Shown piece by piece: positions 36,825 through 46,761 of a stretch of DNA of 46,761 bases. A program made the position numbers and the translations under genes. This stretch comes from Gonapodya sp. JEL0774. Its lineage: Eukaryota. Positions within the stretch are counted from its first letter, which is position 1; each line of letters begins with the position of its first letter. Location: the NCBI GenBank assembly GCA_027604505.1, contig JADIIX010000155.1:1-46761 (forward strand), written 5' to 3'. The notes beneath the pieces were generated by a model. It was given only the letters and a program-made list of their open reading frames with translations. It did not search any database and was not told where the DNA came from.

Positions 36825-39800
36825 CTCAGCCATCTCAGTAATTGGAACATTGTTGATGGAGTAAGAAATTCGGAATCGAAGACGCTCGTGATCCTTTTGT
36901 CATCATAGGTGAGTGAGCTTCCCATTAATGCGTTCAGTGTTGTCAATAGAGCTCACCTTGCTTGGGTTCATGACGGTGAAGGTTTGTGATACGGGCACTT
37001 TGCTCATTGGGGGGATCGCTGTAGACGACAGGGGATCCAGTTTCAGTGTCATCGACTTCAGATAAGGAACGCGTTAGTCAACGATAGTGCCGTCTGGAAC
37101 ACGAGGATTTAAGCACCTTTGGTACTGCAGCTTGGAAAACAAGGGATTCCATTTGCACGGGAATGGCATTCCAAAATTGCACCACGAAAGAAGACTGATT
37201 CAACTCCCGAGCTGTTCGGCGCAAAGTCATCTTGAGACCATTTTTGTCAAATACTGTGACTGCAATAAATCACTGATTACTCGGGGGAGCAAGAACGAGG
37301 CATAGTTTTGCTAACTGATACCTACCCTCCACCGGTGTAGTTGGCCTTTCGTCTTTCGTTGGTGCCGTTTGAAACTCCCATTCGATGCCTGGACTCTCTG
37401 ATCTTTCAGTTGTTTGCGTTGGTGGTTGCGTGGTGGTAGAAAATGAAGCGGGTAGTTTAGTGACGGACTCTGTCAGTGAAGATATCACTTGTGGGCGATT
37501 GACGGAGAGACCGGGGATCGGAGCAAGAGTTGGTGATGCCGAATTTACGGATTGGGGACTTGGAAGAGGCTGCGGAGTCGGAGAGGCCGCGTTAGGCGGA
37601 ATTGATGTGGTACTTTGAGCAGCAGGTCCTCGGAACACCCCAAGAAGGTCCACTGCCAGACAGATATACTCGTATTAAGAAGTGGAGCCGGAATTCGGAA
37701 ATCTGAATGTCAAACTCACCCTCAACCGGCTTGGGTGCGCCCGTTTTGGCTATTAAGTTTAGGCTAGATGTGCCTCCGACGCTGACTGGCACAACCGGAA
37801 CACCACGCACGGGTCCTATTTGAACCACTTGGGCACTTTGTGGGAGGTTCGCACTGGGTGTTTGGGACGGGTGTTGACGACCAGAGGTGCCACCAGGCGT
37901 CCCTAGAGCAATTACTGGCACCGGCGCCGGATGCGAAGGAGCGGAGGTCGGCACTTGAAACGACGTTGTGAAAGGTTCCCGAGGCGGCCACGACAAGGGG
38001 ATGGCGCCTCAGTGAACGGAACGCAATATGACACGTGAATGTGGGTGAGGATCCATTTTTGCGGCAGCACTCACTAGAACCAACAGAAACTCCAAGGAGG
38101 TCGTCGAACGAAGATGAAGGTTGGCTTGATTCATCAGCTAATCGGGCATTTGCTCCCACGCCAAGAGATATGCTACCACCCATTCCCCATGGCCGAGCAG
38201 GGTCCTTTGAGGCACTTGTCATGTACCAATCATTGGCGGGTGATTTCAATGAAGCGACTCACGACAAAGTTCAAATTTAGGTTCGAGAGATCGTCAATGA
38301 GGTTTGAAGGTTCTGAAAGCGCGCACGAGTGAGCGAACAGATGTTCCTGAATCCAAACTTTGTCCATTCGACTCGTCACTACGCACCTCCTTTCTCTGTG
38401 GTGGTTTCAGAGCTGTCCGCTGCAAACTCGATCAAAGCGCCAGAAGCTGAAGGCTCGAGTGATTTTTGCTGATCCCGAGATGTCGGTGCTGTCGGAGATG
38501 AACCACGTGCGGACGAACTGGGCACAGGCTTGCCACTCTTTGTAGCATCGAATCGCTCAAGAACTTCATTAAGCAAGTCGATGAGCACCAAAAGCCTCTC
38601 TGTACAACCAGTGAGGGTGAGCGTTCACGTGAAGAAGTGTCCCTCTCTCCTCCAAAATTTACCTGTCCTATCCACTTCATCGGCATCTGCACCTCCGCCA
38701 TCCTCAATCCATTTACGGATTCGATGTTGAGCTCCCTTACACTGACTTGCAGTCTCCTCCGTCGCAGCATCGGGTCTCCACACTTCATTGATGTGAGCGT
38801 TCAAGGAAGTTGCTAAAGCGCGAGCCCGAGACTCAATGCGATCCAGCTCCAAGGTCACACGAGCTTTATAGTCAGGACGAGTGTCCAGGTCCTTAAGGAA
38901 GGGTGCAGAGCGTTTAGAACATGTCGGAGGAGCATTCCCAGGAGAGGCAAACTCGCACATAACCGGCCAAAGTCTTCATCAGTTCGTTCGCTTGCGCGAG
39001 GGCCGCGGGAGTCCGACGGCGAATAAGCTCATGGAGTTTCTGATGGCGGTCGATAATCCCGTAAATCGAGGTCGGGTTAGGCACATTCATCGCGAACAAA
39101 GGCTCACCGCTTCCTGAGCACGCCGGTCTTCCTCCTCAAGCTCTTGTTCGGATTTCAGAACCTATTTGTTGTCACGTAAATGGCATGGAGAAAATGAAAT
39201 CACCTCCCTAAAATCCACTTCAGTCTCACATTGTTTTCCTTCATGACCTTCGCCCCTTCACTTAATCCCGGGAAGCGGTAACCCTTGTAGAGCAATAAAT
39301 TGTACATTTCTCCAATATGCCTGAGGTCGAATTTGTAGCGCCCTTCCAGAAGTGTGGCGTTCCATTCTTGGATGAGTGCAAGGATACGCTGTTGGGTGTG
39401 TGACGGGAATTGCTGTGTGGGCAGTTTGGAAGATGCAAAAGCAAATGCATATGTGTAAGTGATGCCGCGAGCTGACATGGATTCATAGAATTGAGACACC
39501 AGAGAAAACATTTCATGAAAACGTTGGCGCGGAAGCGCAATTCATTGATTAAATTATCTCGATGACTGAACATCCCAATTTTGAAATGGCATCTCTTTTC
39601 GCATTCCGGTCTTATCGAAGGAGTGCGGAAAGTTCCCAATTGAGTCTCACGACTTCACGTATTTAAAACTCACCGGTGGCTTCTCGGGGAATCTGCGCAC
39701 AAGTTCATTAAGGAATTCCTTCGTCGAGATTTGGAGATGAAAAGGATACCCGCAATTTTTAACGCAATTGTCGAGGAGCTGATGCACGGAGATCGAGTTC

Positions 39801-40277
39801 CGCAAGCTTGAGGAAGAAAGTCATGGTAATAGCACGAGTTTACTACGCACAGTCAAGGCTAGCATAACAGATTGGGCGTGTTTGGAGTTCACTGTCTTTA
39901 CGATGGTGATGGCAGCATCACGGGGCCTGTTGTTGAGAGCGTGATAGTACGGGTTGTTGTGATGACCAAGCAATCTCTCAATGGTCGAATGGAAAAAAGA
40001 AGCAGCGTATAAACCCACCAAGACTTTCCCTTTTGGTTTATGAGCTCACAAATCTCAATATTGAGGCCCAAGTCCGGTTCAAACCGACGAGGGTCACAGG
40101 CCGTGGCTGAGAGCAGACCGGTTTGGATTGTTTGGAGTTCATGTAAAGTCATCAAGTTGTGATACAGGCGAATGTTCACAATGGAATTAGAGACAGAAGA
40201 GGTGAAGAGCAGGACCAGTCGTGAATTGCTGCTACATGGCCAACCGACGATGTTTCAATCAAACACACACCGATCAT
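36801..40277 (-). CDS. GGA2: GGA clathrin adaptor (VHS-GAT-hinge-GAE)
   Basis: VHS: TACDPRRFEPDLGLNIEICELIN..PRDAA..LLDNCVKNCGYPFHLQISTKEFLNELVRRFPEKP, YKGYRFP. GAT: KLHELIRRRTPAALAQANELMKTLAG, LIDLLNEVLERFD. GAE: VFDKNGLKM..FQAAVPKSMTLKLDPLSS..RLRFRISYSINN..EFSEFERL*. The start is uncertain (~40277-40350). Confidence 0.93.
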
Positions 40278-41277
40278 TGTTTCCAGCTACGTGTGTAGTC
40301 GCATTGATCCACAAATACACGTTGGTGCGATTCCATATTTCCAAATCGTTTCATTCATTCCACGCTTGAACTGTCCCCTCAACAAAATCGAACGAAACAA
40401 ACCGTGGAGTTCTCGGGCGCTTTCTGTCCGCTTCCAGCAATCCAATCCATCACTTGTCTGGGGCTCCGATGTTAAAGGGGTTTGATTCGGCAACATCCGT
40501 TTGAACAACTGACATCAATAATGTAATACAGCCACTGAAGACTCCGGAATCTCTACATTCTCTGATGAATTATATGAACGTTGCCATCACCAGCGGACTT
40601 CATTTACCCGGAGTATTTTCTTGCTTTACAGCACCTCTATTCCATTGTCGCTCCCAAAATAACTGAACGAGACAGTAGGTGAGAACTTAGTGGAATTAGT
40701 ATCCTTGTCATTAGTTTATGTCATTGATTTACAATGAACATAGGCATCATGATTGACAGTGGTTTCGGGTTGGAATTGCTCAGGTGCGCATAAAAGCAGA
40801 ATGCTTCATCACCCGGAATTTGGTCGGAGCTGGGATAGTCCTTCAAACAGATGTGCAGTTGATAGGTGCAATGCTTTTGGGTGATGTGTGTGCTTCCAAT
40901 TTCCGTTTGCGCTTCCCTTCATGCACCCGGTGCGCCATGCATGTAGACCTATAAACCCGCTAAAAAGCACCTGAACAAACTTGGAGAAGCTGTCCATATA
41001 CAGTACAGAAGCTCAGCTACAACAATAGTCCCATTTGCGTCTCACACTTGCACAAAGAATGGACGCCACGAAACACAAAGAAGCAAGGTTGAAAGTGTGA
41101 CTCACCAGAAATTGTTGAAGAGTCAGTAGGTCCAGCTGCTATGGACGAGCTCTTTTCACCGCTTTCTGTGGGGATGCTGCTGAAGCTCACCACTGAGAAT
41201 GATGCCGTGACCTGTGTTGGTTGCTTGAGTTGCACCGTCATCAGTCCACGCCTCCCTAGGGCAGGCAAGCCATTTCT

Positions 41278-44200
41278 CATCTGTAGGCAAGGATGCACGC
41301 AAAAGGTGTCTCCAGAGTTCATTTCATGTGAAAAGATACATCATGAGTTGAAATCAATACACATGTATGTGCCGCTAACCTGGCAATATCCCAAACAAGA
41401 ATTTATGCTGTGACAACTCACCACCACATCCCTCGGCTGACATTTGTGAACCTGCTGGTCGTCCACATAGTACTAGCTGCTAAGATCAGGACCTTGTACA
41501 AAGGAAGTGTAGTGCCCAGCATGTAGACTATCTTCCCCTGAATGGTTCTGAAGGAACACATAGTCTGGTTTTGTGGGAATCAAGAAAAGATGGGATTGTA
41601 TCAGGGGAAGAGACCGTATTGCATGACAGATCACAAGTGGTGTTCCATACCCCCAAAAAAAAAAGAGAGAGAGAGAAAGGGATATGTGTTCATGGTGATC
41701 ATTCAACAACCACAGCGCAGCCCAAAAAAATTTTGCACTTACAGTAACTCCCACTAGGTGATACAGCTCTGGCTCATCCATGGAGGGAATGCAATCTTCC
41801 ACTACTCTTCAAGCAAAATTGGGGACCACTCATGGTGAGGGACCACCTTGCCTGTCAAGTCATCCTGCAATGTCTGTAATGCTGTTCCAACATCCTGAAT
41901 CATCCATTTCTCATTTTCCTCCTGTTCCTCCTCAGTAAGATCAACACCGCCAATCACTGTCACCTCCTTGTAAGGTGCCTCTAGGAATTTGAGGAAGTAG
42001 GGAGAAAGATCCAAACCTTCCAAAGGAAATTGCACAAGTTAGCTGTCCCTACAACTGTCCCCAGGTTCCCTGTGTGACTGCCCAGGATTGCGCAAGTACC
42101 AGGCAATGGTGAACATAAAATATTTTGGAAGGAGGGTGAAGCCGTCTACACATGTCACGGGTCCTTGGGGGTTATCCAAAAAAAAAGAGAATCGACACAG
42201 GCCATTCCACCCTGTGTGTCAGGTGGCTCTTGTTCCCTTGAGTTACCAAGCTGCTGCAGGCCTTTCAATGTGGACAAGTCAGAGCCTTCACTGCCAAGGT
42301 GTAAATTGCAGGTATGGCTTGCTTCATTAAAGATCGCAAGTTGGTACTGGGGCACATAGGTGTTGGCCATTGCATACAGCACAAGTAAGGTGACAGTGAC
42401 ATGCAGGAGAGAGAAAGCAGCCACAAGTAATCAAGTATCTCTCAAACAGAAAGAGTGGAATGGAATTTGTCTGTCCTGCTAACTTATGCAGCGACATTTT
42501 TCACAGAGCCGATTTCTACAATACTGCCACCCAAACACATCGGTGGTGGGACAGTGATTTGTTGCAGCAAAGGCACCAAACATCTGCTGGCAGAGCTGCC
42601 TCCAACCTGTAGTTGCTGGGGAGGGGTCTCTGTAATAAGAGCTTTCTATGATTTCGTCGTAAGCACCCATCCGGGCAGAGAAATTGGAGTCTAACACGAC
42701 GATCAAAAGTTATGGTAATATCAGAACGTATGATGTCCCACAGGACATCACAGAGCTGAAGCTCCTCTTTTTTTCCTCTGTTGCAGCAGACACTGCAGAC
42801 ACACCTCGGTCATGTGGACGACTTTACACTCTTTTTGAAGGTCAACTCACCAGGAACGCCACAAATAGTCCTCTACTGCTCTGCAAGATTCCCAATCAAA
42901 TAATGAAAAACCACTGCAGTGTCCTGTTGATTGTTCTCAATGCTTAAATCAATTACTTCTGTAATGCATAAAAGAGAGCAGTGGCAGTGGGGCACATCCC
43001 GGAATCTCCAGGACATTGCATCTAATTGAGCAGTACTTGGAGTTCTAATAGAAGACAATTAGTACCAGGATCCACTGTTGTAGTTGTTTTTTCACCAGTG
43101 GCCCTTGGTGGGCATGGGTAAAGAAGAACAAACCGAACCACCAAATTGAATGAACGCAGCCTTCAATTCCAAGATGACCATGATGGGGGGCCCTAACAGT
43201 AGTAGCCAAGGAAGGGGAAGGAAGGGGGAGGAGGGCAGACAGGAAAGGATATGAGAGGCAAGATTCAAGATACGAAAGACAACAGCTGCCGCATCCTGAA
43301 ATCATGACAAAAATGCCGAGTGGACAGGTGTTCCAAAAGATCCATCCCATTACCTTTCACTCACATTCTGATGGAAAGTCTACATAAGGCACAACAAGGG
43401 AGGGAATAGCTCCTAGAACCTCCATGATGGAGATCATGTAGCATTTGCTTCCCTCTTTAACCATGCCACAAACACCAGGTGGCTGCTCTGACATTTCAAG
43501 AGGTTGATTGCGGGGAAATCTGGGGTTGGTGACAGAGTTGTCTGTTGTGCCTTTTAGGATACCTATGATGGCAAAACACAGAGAGGAGTGGAAAGGACTT
43601 GATCAGCGAGATAATCAACACAATTGCATGTTCGGACTTGGCATGTTTCCCCCTCCATCCAAAACAGAATGAGCAATGCCGTTCTAGCCTTTAGAAATGA
43701 CTTTGCCTTTGCCTTTTGGCTGGTTCCGAGGCTTCTTTGCTCCTTGGTAAACATCTCTGTGTCCCACATCATCATCCTCCCTCTCTCTCCTGCTGTCCTT
43801 GTCATCACTACTGCCAGCACCCCCCACCTTCTTCGTGCTTCTTTTTGTCTGCAAGCTCATTCCCGTCTTGTTAGAGGCCTCTGCCCTTTTTTTGTGAGCT
43901 TGGGTGATTGCAGTGTCCCAAAAGACATCGTCAATTCCAGCGCCACCCCATTTCCTCTTCGGGGGATTCGCAGTTCTCTGTCCGTAGGTTGCATCGTCAT
44001 TCTCTTCATAATCTCCAGCACCACCACGACGTGAACTTGTTGCTGGTTTTTGATCACGCAGCACTGCATAATCCACTCTGCTCAGGGCCAAATCCAGAAA
44101 CTCCTCTTCAAACTGTTGCCAGTTCCTAGAGCTTTATGTGACCATGTTTGGTTCACCATCATTGTGTCTGACATGTCAACTTCAATGCGCTTGCATACTC

Positions 44201-44560
44201 CTTCCAAAAGTTGCAACGTCCTCAGTTGAACGCGCACTAAAACCTCTAATGGGTTAGCGTGTGGGTCTGCTAGCAACTGACGCTGCAAGATTCCAGTCCT
44301 CTGTCGCGGTGCCCATCTGCCTTGGAATGCAGGCGATGCATGTCCACATGATGTAGATGCTGCCACTGCCTGCTGTCATGTGCGACGCTGCCTTGTAGAG
44401 CTGTATGTGGGGCTGTTAATGTCTGATTTCACACCTGCGTCCTCATCCTTGTCATGGTTTTCTTGACTGTTGTCACCACCATCATGGTCATTGTCCTCAT
44501 TGTGCCCATGACCAGATTCCTGTCTGGCTTGAGCTATAGATGAAGTGTCACTTCCCCTCA
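41278..44560 (-). pseudogene. Decayed intron-containing ubiquitin-specific protease (peptidase C19/USP) gene with a charged low-complexity N-terminus
   Basis: USP boxes in order on the minus strand: Cys box PGVCGMVKEGSKCYMISIMEVLGAIP (Cys codon 43441-43443), NNQQDTAVVFHYL (42921), LCEKC, LLPKYFMFTI, LVQFPLEGLDLSPY, YHLVGVT/NHSGEDSLHAGHYTSFV (41509), *YYVDD, ACILAY. In-frame stops at 42039, 41802 and 41473. Confidence 0.8.
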
Positions 44561-45230
44561 TCTCTTCTTGCCTACCACAACCATTTCTTGGTTGAGTCTG
44601 CTGAGCAAGACATGGCCCAACATCTCAGGAAGAGGTGGTGTGCGAAATCACGCTGGATAGAGAGGAGAGATTTGTCAGGCAGGTGAGAAGTTCAAAGACC
44701 TGTTGGAGTGTTCCGATGGAGTTCCATTTCCTTGTTGAGAGTTGGGTTTAGGGTTAATGAGATGATGTGTCTAGCTCAGGTTGTGGTTGCAAAGCTGTAG
44801 GAGTTCTCACCATTTGGAGACATGACCAGAGAAAGAAGTTGTCAAGGATGGGAAAGTACACACTGTGATGAGACCTTGATAGTCTCCTCCTGCAAAGGTT
44901 CCATGGATGCCAAAAAAACAACCACCGCCTGTCTGTGACTGAATTGGACTGTCCAAGGTCTCCAAATCCTCATGTACTTCAGGTTGATGTCCCCTGAGCT
45001 TTAGCCTTTGTTGGAAACAGCAAGAACATGGTAAGTGAATCTGACGAATGTGCTTTTGTCAAGGGGCTCCTTTGTGCGTGCAGATGTGTCCAACAAGGCA
45101 AGTACAGCACAGTGGCTGAACACAACACACAACACCTACAATAAGTGAGGACAAAGCCAGTTCCCTTGAGTTTGAGTGGACAAGGGCGCAGAGTTGTCGA
45201 ATGCAAATTGCAAAGTACAGTTAGCAAGCA

Positions 45231-46761
45231 TCACTTCTCCTGACCTGACTCCATCCCTCTGCCATCGACCAAGCTCAAATCATCCGCCAACGATCCCATC
45301 GCCTTCACTTCTGTTTCCATCGAATGTTCACTGCTGTTGATTCCATGGATACGCGACTGACTGACCCTATCCACATTCTCCCCCAGGTTACCACCCTCCC
45401 GAAGCCCATCCGCCAGTGCCCAGCAATCCGACACGCCAGCAATGCAAGAAGAAGCCTTCGCAGATCCTCCAAGGTGAGTTGGGTAGCCCCGAATGCGATA
45501 CAGTCCATTTTCCTCAAATCGCTCAATCCCACACACTTTCGAATTTCCCTTCAGATCTGCAGACTCCAAGTCGTGACTTTCCCCACGAATCGCGCATCCT
45601 TTCGCCGCAAATACACAATGGGCGATAACTTTCACATTGAGATCGGGGACATACCAAGAATTGGTGAGTTCCAACGTCGATGTCGGCACCACCACCTCGT
45701 TGACTGTTGTGACTAAGAGTGTACCAACCCCCATCACTTTCAGTGGCTTCCCAGCCAGATTCATCACATGCCTGTCCGCAACTGGCCGAATGTCCGAGAA
45801 GTCGTTCGCATCCCAAGACATACACTGAGCCGCACTGGAGTCCCACAACAGTTCGGAACACGACTGACGCAGGTGAGTACCGTTTGTTCCAGAATCCACT
45901 TCCGGGAGGCAGAAGACATGAGTGTCCATAACGTTTGTAAATGCTGACTCCTTGTCCTTCCCCTTCCCCGACCGACTCCCGCCTCCAACCTTTCCGTTGC
46001 CTCTGCCATCTCCGTTCCCACCTCCACCACTCTTCCGTTCCCCATCGCCACCACGACAAGAGCCCTCTCGAGGACAATCATACGACTTGTGACCGCGCTC
46101 TCCACAGATATAGCACGTATCAGGGAATGGTTTGGGAGTTGAATGAGATTTGGGAGACCAGGGTGAGTTCTGAGTCATCGAGAACACTTTCCCGTCCTGC
46201 GGTTTCTCATCACGGCTCTCCATTTCCTGCTCTCTCTCAAGCAGTAACATACGAAAGTCCTCTACAGTAAGTGCCTTTTGCCGATGCATCGCCGCTGCTG
46301 TACCCATTTGACCATCATAGTCCTCACCAAGTGCACTTCCCATCCACTTCATCAGCTCCCCCACGTCATACGTCCTCTCATCCATCACACAGAGCTGCCG
46401 CACTTTGCTGGTAATGTCTGCCCACAATGTGAGTATCTTCTCCCCTGGTTGCAAACGTCGATTCGCAAGGTGCCGGTGGATTGCAATAGCATGAGTGACA
46501 ATGTTAGGACAGAACGTCTGGAGAATAGCTGAGTAGGTGAGTGCTGCTGTTGAGTCTTCCAGGTCTGAAGGTAGCGAAGCATGAATATCCGCCAACAGGT
46601 TCTCATCCACAGCCGAGACCAGAAGAAGCTGCGCCGACAGTTCTTTCTGCACCCACGCCTCAAGCTCTTCTTCTTCTGCGGGTTGTGACACAGAACCATG
46701 TAAGTAACCGTAGAGTCCATACCGACGTGCCACAATGCTAACCGCCAATATCCACGCATCC
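45231..46761 (-). mobile_element. Ty1/Copia LTR-retrotransposon Gag-protease ORF, ending before integrase; runs off the right edge
   Basis: The frame is open to the window end (DAWILAVSIVARRYGLYGYLHGSVSQP, Copia gag N-terminus). It carries a CCHC knuckle CYICGERGHKSYDC, protease-like LLWDSSAAQCMS, LTNSWYVPDLNVKVI and ENGLYRI, then stops at 45231 with no integrase/RT/RNaseH motifs. Confidence 0.9.

Noticed and set aside
40998..41030. TA-CAGT start as a Tc1/pogo terminal inverted repeat bounding the eroded block
   Set aside because: No matching inverted copy found within the window.

Overview
Eukaryotic, roughly 50% GC, very intron-dense fungal DNA (most introns about 55-110 nt). Fungal-type Tem1/Spg1, GGA and calmodulin occur together with cilium-associated genes (alpha-tubulin acetyltransferase, LRRC71-like), which points to a zoosporic (chytrid/monoblepharid-like) fungus; this is inference. 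The ORF track shows only exon fragments, so gene models were spliced by hand and splice boundaries and some starts are approximate. Order: unknown Ser-rich gene (+), a non-coding zone with a ~130-150 bp tandem hairpin array, a possible unknown spliced gene, IQ/coiled-coil protein (+), TEM1/SPG1 (+), RAD21 (+), intronless ATAT1 (-), SMC1 (+), EIPR1/TSSC1 (-), LRRC71-like (-), calmodulin (-), HSF-type factor (+), RINT1/TIP20 (-), minimal SET protein (+), ATG10 (+), WDR76/CMR1 (+), GGA (-), then a CpG-depleted zone with a decayed ubiquitin-specific protease gene and a Copia Gag-protease ORF lacking integrase/RT. Most interesting: the TEM1-RAD21-(ATAT1)-SMC1 mitotic/cohesin neighbourhood, the tandem hairpin array, the divergent USP pseudogene in a CpG-eroded block, a structured SMC1 intron with stacked donors, frequent GC-AG introns and GAG acceptors, and a 63-bp divergent RINT1/SET start-to-start gap. 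No rRNA, tRNA or CRISPR array was seen, and no new system can be established from sequence alone.
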